Below, piece after piece: positions 12,360-27,103 of a stretch of 64,000 nt of DNA; position 1 is the first letter of the stretch, and each line of letters opens with the position of its first letter. The DNA is taken from contig NC_092348.1 in the NCBI RefSeq assembly GCF_963676685.1, forward strand, positions 88,970,001 through 89,034,000, written 5' to 3'. The stretch is from Mytilus edulis (taxonomy: Eukaryota). The translations under genes were made by a program, and so were the position numbers. The notes under the pieces are model-generated. The model saw only the letters and a list, made by a program, of their open reading frames with translations. It had not been told where the DNA came from and searched no databases.

Positions 12360-12585
12360 GGGACGACATCAAAAGATCAATGTAAGATAAAAAACTTAAT
12401 TCAAATAGTTTGGGGGTGGGGGGTTGAACTGCTGCAAGATTTGGTTATCCGACATTGATTTTTACATATATCCATATGGGTCAATCAATTTTTCCCAAAT
12501 TAAGTTAATAGGGGGGTAGGGGGGTCAGTGAAAAAACTATTTGAATTAAGTTTTTTATCCTTCATTGAACTTTTGATGTCGTCCC
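12360..12585. mobile_element. PIF/Harbinger-type MITE
   Basis: ~50-bp TIR GGGACGACATCAAAAG.., TAA TSD. Confidence 0.8.
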
Positions 12586-12810
12586 TAAGTGAAATACAAT
12601 GTTTCTAATTATTTTTCTTTTCAGATGTCAAAGAAATTAGTAGGATAAAACATTAATTCCATTATCTTCAGCAGAAAAATGTGTTTTTTTTTTCAGTTTG
12701 AGTTTTACTTTTAAATTGGCCAAACACATAGAAAAAAATAAGTCAGTATGAAAATATCATTGGAATCAATTGTAATATAGTTTTAAGTCAATATATTTTT
12801 CTATTCATAG

Positions 12811-12999
12811 TGGGATGGTATGGTTGGTAAATGGGAATACATGCCAGAAGAAGATTCAGAGGATGAGTACAGCGACACGTCAGATTCTGATGAAAGTCCG
12901 TCAGAAGATAACGATTTACCTCCGAGACGAAGTCGACGGTTAGCGGACAAAGACAGACGACAAGTTGAACACTTCCAGAGACAAGCTCTATTTGATTGA
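12811..12999 (+). CDS. DCAF11: DCAF11 terminal coding exon
   Basis: Encodes WDGMVGKWEY followed by an acidic/basic tail ending ...RQALFD, stop TGA at 12997-12999. Confidence 0.92.
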   Translation, partial: WDGMVGKWEYMPEEDSEDEYSDTSDSDESPSEDNDLPPRRSRRLADKDRRQVEHFQRQALFD

Positions 13000-15900
13000 A
13001 GAATTACAAGCTTACGTTTGTATTTATATATCACATGAGGCTTCAGCTAGCTAAACAGATTCATATGACCTTCAACTGCTGACTCGTACAATTTATTTGT
13101 TTAATCGTGTGGTGCTTATACACCATTCTTGTATTAGATTCTATGATCTACATAAACCACTTTAATCATTGGATTACTTCATAGATAGATAGATATTTAT
13201 AAATATGGAGAAAATACAACATGACCTTGACCTTGAAATAACTAGGAGAAAAGTAAAATGGTGGAATGATGATTAGAGTGATAGTATTACTACTCATTGT
13301 GTTCCTTTTGAAATGTATAATGTATAGGGATATAATGTTATGTTGTGGTTAAGATCTATTATACTTTAAAGTGATTTCTGTTTTAAACAAAACGTGTGAT
13401 GATACCACTGCTAGTATTAGCAGGAGGTACATTGTGTTTATTGTTTTGATCTGTCTTTTATTTTAATTCTGTGTAAATAAAATGAGTAATTTGAGATTTT
13501 AGTAGAAGAAATTAGGATTGAAAATTGGTTGATTCCCCTGTACAGAGAATTCCCTCCATCCCTGGGCATCCCCTTTTATTAATTTTGTTATGAAATACAT
13601 CCTGTATTAAGTGTCTACATTTGGCATTTCTTTCATAAGGAGTCAAATTTGGGATTCCCTTGTCTGTTTATTAGTCAGCCTACCCATTGATATATTGAAA
13701 TGGCTTTCTTTTTGATATATTTAAGCTATATTGATCAGAAAATATACAATTTTATTTTTGAAGTCTATTGAAAGGTCTTGCCAGTGTATTACAAGTTCGT
13801 ATTGATTTACCAACTCAGGTTTTCCTAAACGTTGAATAACAGAGAGCCAAAAGTAGATTATTTGAACAAACAGTCTCTATCTTCATAGAGTGTTTACAGA
13901 ATTAATTACAAGCTTCAAGTTGAAGGTTAAACCAGGCAATCTAACTGACAATTTAAACTAATCACGATAAATTATTTCTAATAATTGGCTACATGGTAAT
14001 CATAGGTTTTACAGGAATAATATTGGGAAACAGAGTCGACATGATATTTTGCAATAGCACTTATGTAAGGTATAATTTATTTGATACCACTTAAAGGCTA
14101 AATGACAGCAGGTTTTAATGATACTGCTTGAAGTAAGTCATGCCTGTATAATTTATTTGATACCAATGCAAGGTTAAATGACAGCAGTTTTTGTTTACTG
14201 CTTGAAGTATAATAAGTCGATTTTTCGATTTTAATGTGGCACAATGATTTTTTGAAATCGACTTCACCTCATGTTCACACACAGATTTATATTCATTTTA
14301 TACATGCAAAATTGGGACCCAATAAATAACACATTTTGTTCCAAATGGAAGTGATTTTTGCATTTTTATTAAGTTTGTTTTCAAAGTATAAATGGTATTG
14401 GTTTTGCTTATTATTGAAGGTTATACTGCAACTTATAATTGCTTAAATCTGCTACATTTGGAGTGTTGGGTAGTTCTGGCATTCATACCTCAACTCTTTA
14501 TTGTACAATGAGTTATGTCTTGTTTTATTCGGCTGTTATGCTATCTTGACCATATGTTTCATATTTATTTAATGTTTTTATGCCCCATTTATGTGCATTG
14601 TGTTTTTCGGTCTGTTTGTCTGTTGGTCTGTTTGTTTTTTGTGATATATTGCTGTTTTACATCACATTTACATCATGATATTGTTCAGTTAATTTTTTTA
14701 TTGTTTGGTTATTTCTGTTTTTGTTTTTAGTTACATTTTTGTAAATAAATATGTAATACATATTCAATATTACATTATATTAAAATAATTTTGTTATAAA
14801 AACATTGTAGGTATGCAAAATTGCATGAATATTACTTGTAAATATATAAAGCTACTTGGCTTAATTTCTTTTACAACATGGCGATCACTAACATATTTTT
14901 GACCAGAAAATTCACTCCTGACCACTTTTCTCAAGCTTGGATTTTTCCTCTTGTCACTGGGTCTAGCCTTTTAGTGGGTACCTCTCTCTAGATCGTGACT
15001 TTTACTCCCAAATTTTTAACAAATAGGTGAGTAGGTACGATACTTTGTAAAAAAGACCAAACTATCCATTTTGATATAAGAAATGAATATTTTTTTCTCT
15101 CTACTAGGTTCAAAGCCCTTTATGAGTATAAATTTCATTTTGATTATGGAAATTTTTATCCTATCAACTTAAAAAAAAATGACCATAAGAATATTATTGG
15201 GTTGGACTGTTGAGCAGAGAATAATGTAAATTGAAAACTGATAATTATATTATATGATATCATTTAAATAAAAAATTCAATTTTACCCTCATTAGGATAA
15301 CAACAATACCTCAGAAGTTGAGAATTTTGAATAAAAAAATATGTATTATTGATATTGAACAGATAATTAGCATGTGATCATCCGAAGGTTTTTAATTGAT
15401 TGATTTATTACACATTGTTATTACCATAAAGTTAGGTATTTTTATGTTTTATGTACCTCCTCACACTGCATGTGCATAGTATAAATACAGTTGTGCTAGA
15501 AACATTAAGTAATATCACTTATTGGTCTCTCGCTGTTACAAGAAATGAGCTTTCTAGGTGCTAGACCATGTACAACAGAAGTCAGGAATATTTATTTAGC
15601 TTTTAATGCACATGTTATACATGTACTTGGTAATGGGTATACTAAATCAGTTTATTTTCTCATAGAAAACAAGAAATAAATACTTGATGATGATGACGAC
15701 CTTGACTGGCTATACATCTCATCACATGGTCAGTTCATACATACATGTTTTTGATTGAACTTTATAATTTATTCAAAATCATTATTATAAGTTATGGTTA
15801 CATCAAATGTTTTATAGTATTGGAATAACTTTGGCCTAGAGTAGCAATGTTTCATCTTTTTGCATCAAAGGTTTTCTTAAAGTGTTTAATCTGTAGTTGA

Positions 15901-16427
15901 TTTGTTGAACAATTAAACTTTCATTAACTAAAGGATCCATTTATAATATCTTAATACCTTTCCAATTGTTTAAATTGGCATATAATTGACCTGTTAATAT
16001 CTCATGTAGATATATGGGTAAGCTCCATGCTTACAAATTAACACAATATTGTTCATGCATTCTTTGGTGCAACCTTTCAGTCACATGTACTAAGCGGAAA
16101 AAGTTAGCTCATATCCTTTTGTTTCCTTTTTTTTGGATATATTTTCATCATTTCATCTACTTGTAGATTCCTGAAATAGTTTGAATATAATAGATATATT
16201 TTGATTTTAATTAAAGAAATGGTATACCTATTAATTATAGGGTTTATGTGCTATGATAAGTCATTGCTGTGTTTTTAATAAAATATGATTGTATTTTTTG
16301 TTTGTTGGAATGAAAACATATAAAGGATTGTACATATAATTGATAATAAAGATCATTATAAATACTTGTTCCTTATAACTTATCTAAAGATTGACAACAT
16401 CAAACAATAATTAAGTCTCTCTCTCCA

Positions 16428-17352
16428 AAGTCATACTCCAAATACAATCCTCTACAACTCACTGCTATAGTCCGGGTTCAAGTCATACTCCAAATATGAT
16501 CATCTACAACTCACCACTATAGTCAGGGTTCAAGTCATACTCCAAATATAATCCTCTACAACTCACCACTACAGTCAGGGTTCAAGTCATACTCCAAATA
16601 TGATCATCTACAACTCACCACTATAGTCAGGGTTCAAGTCATACTCCAAATATAATCCTCTACAACTCACCACTACAGTCAGGGTTCAAGTCATACTCCA
16701 AATATAATCCTCTACAACTCACCACTACAGTCAGGGTTTAAGTCATATTCCAAATACAATCCTCTACAACTCACCACTACAGTTAGGATTCAAGTCATAT
16801 TCCAAATACAATCCTCTACAACTCACCACTACAGTTAGGATTCAAGTCATACTCCAAATACAATCCTCTACAACTCACCACTACAGTTAGGATTCAAGTC
16901 ATAATCCAAATACAATCCTCTACAAATGACCACTACAGTCGGGGTTTAAGTCAAACTCCAAATACAATCCTCTACAACTCACCACTACAGTTAGGATTCA
17001 AGTCATACTCCAAATACAATCCTCTACAACTCACCACTACAGTCAGGGTTCAATTCCTACTCCAAATACAATCATCTACAACTCACTACTACAGTCAGGG
17101 TTCAAGTCATACTCCAAATACAATCCTCTACAACTCACCACTACTGACAGGGTTCAAGTCTTATTCCAAATACAATGCTCTACAACTCACCACTACAGTC
17201 AGGGTTCAAGTCTTCTTCCAAATGCAGTTCTCTACAACTCACCACTACAGACAGGGTTCAAGTCTTCTTCCAAATGCAATCCTCTACAACTCACCACTTC
17301 AATCAGGGTTCAAGTCTTCTTCCAAATGCAATCCTCTACAACTCACCACTAC
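16428..17352. repeat. 52-bp minisatellite, ~18 copies, between the DCAF11 and HNF4 3' ends
   Basis: Unit CAAGTCATACTCCAAATACAATCCTCTACAACTCACCACTACAGTCAGGGTT. Confidence 0.95.
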
Positions 17353-17989
17353 ATTGACCTCCATAAATCAGAGTAACAGTTACTGACGGTAAGGAATCAA
17401 GTGTCGACTCTAAATGCATTACTCCATTAGACAAATTCACAAAATTGACCTCTGTGTATGTGTTACAGTATTGGTTTCAAGTATCCCTCAAACTGTTTGC
17501 AATACTGGTAAGGTGAACTTGATCCACTAGTACAGGATAGAGGTGCATTTAACATATCAGTATAGATTTCTTCCTGAAAGACCATGGATTTACATGCAGG
17601 TTTTCCAATTGCTCAAGTAAAATGTTTAGACCAAAATAAAGTAACAAAAAACTAATATAAACAAAGGGATAAACAAGTATGAATATAAAGAGATGCGAGA
17701 CCACAATTCAACAATTCAACAATCCTTGTTTTCAAAATTCCAATAGGGAACATATTTTATATAATTGTATCAATAAACCAATTTTTTGAGACCAATCGGC
17801 CATTGGCCTTCTTCAGTTCTTTATTTTTCCTCTCAACTACATGGCTGACATTAATTTGGCCCCTGACATGGCTGACTGTATTATTTTGGCCCCTGATTGA
17901 GTTAATTCAACAATCAACAAGGGCATCTATGTCAAACTAATCTCTGAGAATTAGATTCACTAGAAGTTTGCTGTCATTTATAAGTCTAC

Positions 17990-18500
17990 AGATGAAGTTA
18001 AAAGGGACAAATCAGTTTTTTTTTCACTATTTTTCCTCATGCTTGAAGATATTGATTTGATATTCGGTGTATTGTTTTATCAAGTCAAGTTACAGATCAA
18101 ATTTTGTTCCCGTCTGATTTTTTTGTGCAGAGTTATGGTCCTTGGACTTAGAAAATTCTCTAAAATAATCAGTTTTCCCTAATTTTTAACCTCATGCTTG
18201 AAAATATTGATTTAAACATTGGTTTATAGTTTTATCATGACAACTTACAGATAATGTTTAATTTGGTTCCAGTCTGATGATTTTGTGCAGAGTTATGGTA
18301 TTTGCATTTAGAAAATTCACTTAAATAATCAGTTTTCAACACTTTTGTTCATCATGCATGAAGATAATGACTTGATATTTGTTATATAGTTTACACCATG
18401 ACAAGTTATAGATCAAGTTAAGAATTTGTTGCAATACAATTATTTTTTAACCAGTAGGGGACTATGTAATATCATGCAATACTCACAGAATGCTTGTTAT
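17990..18500 (+). mobile_element. HINE-like 3' fragment with ~3 degenerate ~170-bp repeats
   Basis: Repeated GTGCAGAGTTATGG..TTAGAAAATTC units ending in ..GAATGCTTGTT. Confidence 0.45.
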
Positions 18501-20679
18501 CCAACATTTTTATTTCAAATATAGGACTGCATTTCGAAGACTGTTATTTTGGCCCCTGATTAATTAAATGTATAAATCTTGGCCATTAAGGCATTATTAA
18601 TATGCCAACCAAAACATAATTATACCTTGTAAACACAGCTAGTTGATTTGTTATTCAGCTCAATAATTCCCAACATCTATAAATATCTTTCTTGAAATTT
18701 CAATATACATATTGTTGTCATGTGTTGTAACTACTTGCTCAAAGGTCTTGATATACAGAGAAATTACTTTTTTGGATTCTCTTGAAAAACAAATCAGGGA
18801 GTTTAAGTGGTGCATAAGGGTGTCTTTCTTTCTTTATATATACTATTGTTGAAGACCTATCTGCTCTTTGGTCAGGTGGTTGTCTCTTTGACACATTCCC
18901 CAACTTTATTCTCAATTTTATTGAATGAACACAACTTTTTTTAATAGTTTTTTATTGTCATAATTTTATCTACAAGTAACAAAAAATGTAACATTCAATG
19001 AAGTGCTCGTAAAAATAAAATCTTTTAAATATTAATACAAAAATACTAAAGTTCTATAAACAAAGACTTTCAGTCTTGAATTCTGTAACAATTCTTCTAA
19101 TTAATAGCTATATAAGGCCACACTTCCAAGCTTTATTACACATTTTTATGATAATTCTCTGTGGAGCTATTACAAACACACATTTTTATCTTTTCTCTAA
19201 TTTGTTAAACATTAATTATAGCAAGAAAGCAAAAAGAACTTTGTAGTATGTAAGGAAAAAACAGTTGTAGAAAATAAAGGTTCAAAGGAGCTTGCATGAC
19301 TAAACTTTCTAGTTGTTTAAAACACTAAGGCCAAGCAAGAGACAGATTCTGGCAAGAGAAAGGCAAAATTTTGCATTTTAATTTAGAAAGCATGTTTTAA
19401 AAGTAATATAAGCATGACCGATTATGATGATATAAAAGTTAAATTTAGAACAAAATGAATATGGGAAAATAAAACAAAACATCTCTAAACTGAAAGTAGA
19501 TCTAGAAAAAGCATGCATATGACTGACATGCTTGACCCTTTATACTGTAAATTAATGTATTTCCCTTTTCACATTCAAATTGATTTGATGAAAAATTCTT
19601 TGAAATACTTATATTTGTGAAAATCGATCTTAAATGTGTTGACACTTTTAAGATACGAAAATGAGATGCTCCTTTTATTTACATATATATGAAAACCTTT
19701 AAGAAACATCAGCAATATTTTCCAATACTGATCTTAACTTTCCTTTCTAATATGAGTGATTTGATTTTCCGTATGACTTCAACACTATAACAAATAATCT
19801 GACAGAAAATATACGTGCTTCTAGACTAAACAAAAGCAAAGATAATGATGAAAGAAGTGATAACAGTATACATGTAATAAATCCCTGATTACTTGTAACA
19901 ATTGCATTGATTGGTTTGGAAGAGGATAATAATATGACTTTTAATGACATAGAGTTGTGTATGTGTCAGATCTTTAGCATTTTTATTTGAAACTTTCCTA
20001 TAATTGGATAATTGAAATGATATTTAGACTTATGTCTAATGTTGAAAACCTTGTGGTGACAACTTATATTTTTTGTGGTGTCTATATAGATGCTGTCTTT
20101 TCAATATACAAAAAGTCTTTGTTTAGTGGTTTTAGAAGATCAGAACTACAAGTCTTACATATTTTACATGTAGATTATGAAAATTACAAAGCTTTTTTTT
20201 TCATTTCATGGGTAAAAGGGGGGATGTCATGTTTCAGGGGAAATTCCAAAATATAAAAAAATGATTATAGAATTGATTTTTGTCATATTATTATCCTCCA
20301 TGTAGAATTAAATAATTACATTAAAAAAAACAATGAGCAAAAAAACTGTAGAAGCCATAAATTATATAAAATATGTAGTATGTTTCATACCATGGCTATA
20401 TATAGCACAAAACAATAGGCAGCTGGCAGTTTGTACTATTTTTGTATCTCTAGAAAGCAAAAATAAACTAAGGACTATCTCTGTATGCTAACAATTATAA
20501 TGTTGTAATGTCATGTCTAAAATATATCAACCTGTGATCAGTCACTTAAACTCAGGAAAGGCAGGAGAATCAAATTTCAAATATTTCACCAACATATATG
20601 TATCAATTTGCATGTCTACCTGAATATTACTGTCATATATCAAATACATTTGTTGAGAATTATATTTGTACTGGTCTAT

Positions 20680-20955
20680 TTGTTGTTGGTATTTAATGCC
20701 ACTCATAACATTCTTAGGTATATCACTGTGGTCAGCTTTTATTGGAAGAGGAAGCCAGAAAGCCACTCATAACATTCTTAGGTATATCACTGTGGTCAGC
20801 ATTGGGAGAGGAAGCCAGTAAACCAACAGAGAACCACAACCATCTTCTGAAATGGCAATCTTAGTCAAAAAAGATCCTTGTCAAACTCACAACCACAGTG
20901 TTGTCAGGCTAGTGATCATAATATATGAACTACAACCACTTGGCCACAGTGGACC
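20680..20955 (-). mobile_element. tRNA-derived SINE (V-SINE-like core), decayed
   Basis: On -: A-box-like GTGGCCAAGTGGT, B-box-like GTGAGTTTGA, core ..GGCTTCCTC.; homologous to 41780-42005 and 58905-59082. Confidence 0.5.
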
Positions 20956-22769
20956 CTTAGATTACAATAGATAGACATTGTATAACAGACCATCTACCTG
21001 AATGTGTTTAGAGAACTGATTGCTATGGTTTGAAGTTATTATTTCATTCCTAAGGATGATTATAGATTTCCACCAGAAAGATAGAAATAACATGAATCAA
21101 AGAAACTGTTATTTGGCAAGGGGAGATAATTTTGCCAATAAATTGTTTTCAATTCAGGGGAGATAATTTTTCTAGACCCAACGGTAAATCATTTACATCA
21201 TGTTGTGCACACTCACTTTTTTCTTCCTTTTATATACTTAAAATGAAAGTATTCTTATAAATAAGGACCATTACTTTGAATAAAATAACTGAAATCATCA
21301 CTTATAGCTAGAAATGCAGAAGATGATATGGTCAGGTTATCAGGTAGATTTGGGACAGATTTTTGGATTGTGTGATTTCTTTCAAAGTAATGTTATGTGT
21401 TTCCATTCTACTGGTCTCTACAATAATACATCTAAAGAAGTACATCAAATGCACAATTATCTTTATTACAAAAATATGGCACTTTATTTTATAGTTGCAA
21501 GTCAATATTTCTATACAAATGTATCACCATATCACATAGAACAAAGATTTTTAATTGAAATATCATCCATTAGGCATTTAAAATGCTACAAAATACATGA
21601 GAAGGATGAAAAAAAGTTTATAGCATCAATGTATAGCTTGGTCAATTCTTAAAATACTTGGTGACAGTCTTTTACAATAATACACCTCATCATATATTTG
21701 TGGTCCCTTCAATGAAAAAATAACTTTGAACAGTTTTTACATGGGCAAAATGAAATTTCCATTTAAAAAAATGTTCTACTTGTGAAAGTTAAATTAAAGT
21801 ACTACGTCACACTTCCTACTGCCTACTTAGTAAGCTAAACAATATAATCCTGAATAAGAGACAGAATTTAAAGAGGATCAAATCACTAAATCATTAAGCA
21901 AAACAAAAATATAAACATGATTCCTGCCTTCTACACTTTCAACAGCACTTTACCAAATATTTTCATAAAATAAGTAGGGTAGGCATCAAAATTTTGGATA
22001 TATAGACAGGCAGGAAACATAACTTAATTTTCGTTGGCATAAAATAATTATTTCATTTCAAGTATAAATATTTACATAAACCTAGATCTTATATGTACAG
22101 CTGTGAACATTAACTATATATTTGCATTGTGAAATTCTGTTTAACATCTATGATGGATGAAGTTAATATTAATGAACTTTACAGTATGTATGAGATTTCT
22201 TAAACTAATGATAAATAAAAGTCATCTATTTTAATAGTTATTCAATAATCATCTTTATCTTTTAAAGCACCATTTTGATGCCAGGTTCATGCAACAAACT
22301 CTCAACTACGACTAGACGCTGATTCAGTAGTGATTCATAAAAAATCAATTCTAATACAAAATATTTCACAAAATCTTATTTTATGTATGACTGTCCAATT
22401 ATAATTTGACAAAAATAATTTACAATTAATTTTAATGACAAAAACTAAGCAACTTGCACTACATCCAAATGTTAACTCATCAAATTTGTTTTACAATTAC
22501 ACACTTCAAAGAAAGAAACAAAAAAGAAACTTATATTTCATATCTTCTTGAAAATTATAAAATAAAACATAACAAAATACCTTTAGAATAATTCTTTATA
22601 ATTTATAAATTGATCTATTTCACTAGCAAATTTGTTAAGTATTCAACTGTATTCAACATAATAATAATTCTTAAAAATATAAAAACAAAACACACAAATA
22701 ACAATTAAGAGTTAAAAAAATAAACCAAAACATAATTTTTTGTTTACAAACATAAATGTTAGAGATAAT

Positions 22770-23173
22770 TTACATTGATTCTTGTTTAAACCTCTGTTGT
22801 GGAGTCAATGATTTTTTGTACGATTCACAGTTAGGTAATGACGGAGATGACACGGGTGTGTCAATAAGTCCATTCGTTAGATGTAACGAAGAGTCTAAGG
22901 AACTCATCACAGAATGTCCACTCAAAAACTGATCCGTTGTGCATAGTGGTGGTGTTGGTGTGTTAGCCAATGGTGGCATGCCACCGAGATGGATTGGACT
23001 CGATCCAAGTGGTGACCCTTGACTATGTTGTGGTGACATGTTAACTCCATGTGCATGAGAAACTGACATGACATCTGACGGATTGGCAAACTGGTCCCCA
23101 AAACTGTTACCCATTTGTGATGTTAACGACACTGGTACAGAAGGATTGGTCAACATATCTGTCGGTGCTGCAC
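22770..23173 (-). CDS. HNF4: HNF4 terminal coding exon (F domain)
   Basis: Phase-1 acceptor continues EMLLGG into AAPTDMLTNPS...QRFKQESM, stop TAA at 22772-22770. Confidence 0.88.
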
Positions 23174-25039
23174 CTGTAATTAGAATTATAAAAGTTATAA
23201 ACTACGTAACAACAGACAAAAATTTATATAGGTAAAAGAAATATTAAATCAAAGAGCTTGGTAGCACTACGGGTAAAGATGGCCATTGTTCCCTTGATGT
23301 CAGTATTTTTGTTGCAAAATACTCCCCCTTTATTCCTCATTACAGAAAATAAATTATACCATATATTTTATGAGTACTCAATCTGAAAATTATTCTTGTA
23401 AAATAGAACTCCACCCTTCTTCTGTGTTTAATATGTAAAATAGCAGCAAAGCTACATATCGGAATACCTAATTTATGGATATTACCACTTTTAAAAGGCT
23501 ATGCTTTTTGTTGAAAATTCAGATACAAATTATATTTGTTTTAGCATTTTACATATATATCTGACTTGAATATTGAGTTGTCCAAGTCAATGCTATAATT
23601 ACGTTTACTAGGCCTAAATTTGTTTGAAATCCCAAACTATTTTGCCCTCTACTTTGGGGCTATTTGCATATTGAATATACATAATACCAATAATATACGT
23701 CTTTCCATTAATTTATAACTTGAAAGAAGTAATTATTTGAATCTGGAATAATTCTGAATTAAAGAAAATTGATAAGAAATGAGAAAACTATTCCAATATA
23801 GGAAGATTAGTCATGCATGCTAGGCTAAGGGGGTTAGTTAGTTCATACTAAAATATAAGTGAAAATAACTTGAACGTTATCCATGGCTTACCCACTAAAG
23901 TTGGGTTAGTTTTCATTAGAAATTTCTTATTAATTTTCAAGAATTCAAAACTATCCCAGATTCAAATAATTCCTTGTTTTGAAATTTAAATATTGATTTG
24001 ACTTAATATTTGGGGCCAAATTTAGCCTTTACTGAACTTACTCAATTTTTGCCCATAATTCAGTTCTTAGAGCAAATATCAATTTCTAAAAACTGTGCAA
24101 CCTACATTTATAGTGTACTTCAAATATTTAACTGCGTAGCTAATTACTTAATCAGTTGGGAGTGTTTAACATCCTATACAAGTATTTTACATTAAATTTG
24201 CCATAGATTATTTAAATATTACATTTGATTTGCAATAGATTATATAAATATCACATTTGGATATCGTCATATCTGCATATTTCATCAACTTGAATCATAT
24301 GACCAAGATTATAACTAATTTATGATAACAGCATACAAAATTATTTTATTTACTTTGATTAGAACACCCCAATCTGGTTGACATACAGACCCTGTTTCAT
24401 CTGATAACACCCTATTCGACAATCCTAATATCAACCAATCAAATTTCTGTGTTTGAATTTTTAGAAGTGTGTATCATTACAATAAAAAATTCCCAGAATC
24501 CACCAAAAGTTCATCAAAACAGAAAGTAAAACTCTGTTCTACTTTTTGTTCGACAATCATAATATCATCCAATCATATTTCTGTGTTGAATTTTTAGAGG
24601 TTTGTATAGTACCAACAAGAACAAATACCAAGGATCCCCCAGAAAGATCATCAAAACAGAAAGTAAAACAGAGTGTTGTCAGATCCTTTTTAGCACAGCA
24701 TAGTTACAGGATCTACCTTTATGTCAGATAACATAAAAAATATGATTTAAAAAGATAAAATAAATTTACCTTCATAAATGCTAGACGCAAATTATAAAAG
24801 GTTAGGTTCAATAAATGTAATATCTTCTTGATTCAAAAGATGACAAAGGTATATACAAAACTATGTAATGGTTTTATAACAAACATAATATAAATAAGAT
24901 TTTCTAACAATAATACAGTAGCTCCTTCTCATAAGGCCAAAAAATAAGCAGAGGAAACTGTGGCCTACAACAGACACATGCCACCCTGAACAGAAAAGTG
25001 GTTTTGGCCTCTGGTTAGTGGTAAAAATACCAAGAAATA

Positions 25040-25245
25040 CTGTAAATTCAGAAATAATTGTGTGCATTTATTGTAGCAATTTTATGATTTTAGACTAAAA
25101 TATGATTTAATTTTTGCAATATTGAGAAATATCCTGTTGAATTCATATAAAATATTTCAAAACGCGAAATTTACATTATTGCGATAATAACTCAGTCTCA
25201 TTTTTGGTAACAATAAAACCATCAAAATAATTTCTGAATTTACAG
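25040..25245. mobile_element. Tc1/mariner-type MITE
   Basis: TIR CTGTAAATTCAGAAAT, TA TSD. Confidence 0.75.
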
Positions 25246-25328
25246 TACTGTTAATATGAACAGGCCTTATCACAGTGATGCTTGTTTTTGACATTATAAG
25301 ATTAAGACTACTGTACTATCATACTAAC

Positions 25329-25565
25329 CACCTAATAACATTTCTTGGAGTAAACTATCAATCCTCGCCATTCCAAATAACTTGGCGAACTGTATCTGTT
25401 CAATCATTTGCCAAGTAATGCTCTGTAAGGCGGGCAACAGTAATAAAATCTCCCCAAATCTGCCTCTAGAGTCGTACTGACGATCGTTGATATAATCTTC
25501 CAGATTTACTTGTACTTGGTAACGAAAACTTTTGATTTTTTGTGGATCTGTCAGACCTTTAGCTT
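25329..25565 (-). CDS. HNF4: HNF4 exon (LBD end, AF-2)
   Basis: Encodes [65 protein letters not shown]; canonical splice sites. Confidence 0.96.
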
Positions 25566-25989
25566 CTGGAAAAAAATTGTCAATGTAAGAAACCAAACAT
25601 TTTAGGGTCATTTTCTAGTTCATATGTTTTAATATCATATAATATAAAAGCCTCATCAACATAGCCGAAAATATCTTTTCAGTCATTTTTTTTCTGGATT
25701 TTTCATAAATTGTAAAAATGACGCTTACAATTTGTTTATGATTTTTTTTCACATTTTGTGTTTAAAGCAAGTTTAAGATATAAATATTAATTCAATCAAA
25801 GCCTCTCATTTTCTTTATTTCAAATACTAATCTTATATTTTAATTCAGAAAAAAAACATCAATTTAAATAATAAGAAAGAGTGCATATTTGCCTCAATAC
25901 TGCTTAATTGAGGAACTCTTCCCAAAAAATGAACTACACTTATATCATATCATGTCTTTTTCTCAATTCAGAAAAAAACAGATACTCAC

Positions 25990-26230
25990 CAGGATCAAAG
26001 AAGACAATAGCTTTAATACAGGCAAACTCTGTGTCATCAATCTGTATGTCTCTAAATGCTGCAACTAACTCGTCTAATACTCTGGCTGCAATCGTTCCCA
26101 TCTCCATATCTGTAGCGTTACGTGGAATTATCCCATCATTTCCCAATAATAAAACATCCTTGACGGCCATGGAACGTCTGGCTACACCCAGAACCAAATG
26201 TTCTCCAGCATGAGCTCTCAACAAGGCAAC
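25990..26230 (-). CDS. HNF4: HNF4 exon (LBD)
   Basis: Encodes [40 protein letters not shown]. Confidence 0.96.
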
Positions 26231-26262
26231 CTAAAAATAATAATAAAAAATATTAAATATTT

Positions 26263-26471
26263 AGTTTAGTTTAAACATATTTTATTTACTCAAAGTAAAA
26301 TGGATTGGACACAAGTAAGCCATACTTATGAAGTCCGCTCCGAATGACAATAATTTACAATACAATATTAATATGAGCATGCAATATCAAAATAAACAAT
26401 ATTTTACGAGTCTATCAATTGAGAAAAACAAATGAAACAGAAGTAGATGTAAACATTGAAAACGGTGATGG

Positions 26472-26519
<48 letters not shown>

Positions 26520-26740
26520 CGTGAATTTACCGTAAATACATTTTCTACATAACAAGAAATCTCTCAGACCTCTTGATAAATTCGAATACGTGTTTGAATA
26601 TATTCACATTTTGTTCATACGAGAGATTCGGATTACCAGATGTAAGTAGCTTAACATTTAAAATAAGGTCATCAGGAAGCCATCTTAGATTATTCATCAG
26701 AATTTCTCTCTGGTGTATATATAAAGAGCAGTCTTAAAAG
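26263..26740 (-). mobile_element. 5'-truncated LINE (CR1/L2-group-like) in an HNF4 intron
   Basis: ORF2 C-terminus at 26733-26545 (DCSLY..QR..LLTSGNPNLSYEQNVNIFKHVFEFIKRSERF), (CAT)n 3'UTR, (TAAAC)n tail, 12-bp TSD TATTAAATATTT at 26251-26262 and 26741-26752. Confidence 0.85.
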
Positions 26741-27103
26741 TATTAAATATTTGATCACCATCAAAAGAAGGTGTGTTCCAATTTCATAGAAATTTAAAAT
26801 GTCACAGTGATTAGATTCATTCCAGAGAATTTAAGATCTAACACAGTGATTTTTTTTTATAAAATTCGGAAAAATTCTTTATCTGTTGTTGAACTCTTTG
26901 ATTCACTTCAGAGAATGTTAAATCTGTAGTTGAAATTTTAAAACAACTCCAAAGAATTTTTAATTAATTCATTTCAGAGTACATCTTTTAAACTAGGAAA
27001 TCCTTTAACTGCATAATTAAAAGAATACCTTCTATTTATTAGGCTTACATTTGATAAAATTGTTGTTTTTAATTTTTTTTTTATATATTTATTTTGTTCT
27101 TAC

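Noticed and set aside
16428-17352. TCAGGG/TTAGGA as interstitial telomeric sequence
   Set aside because: One degenerate hexamer per 52-bp unit; no (TTAGGG)n tract.
17360-17620. Slightly GC-richer stretch as an exon or LINE remnant
   Set aside because: The + frames I checked contain stops and no recognisable motif.
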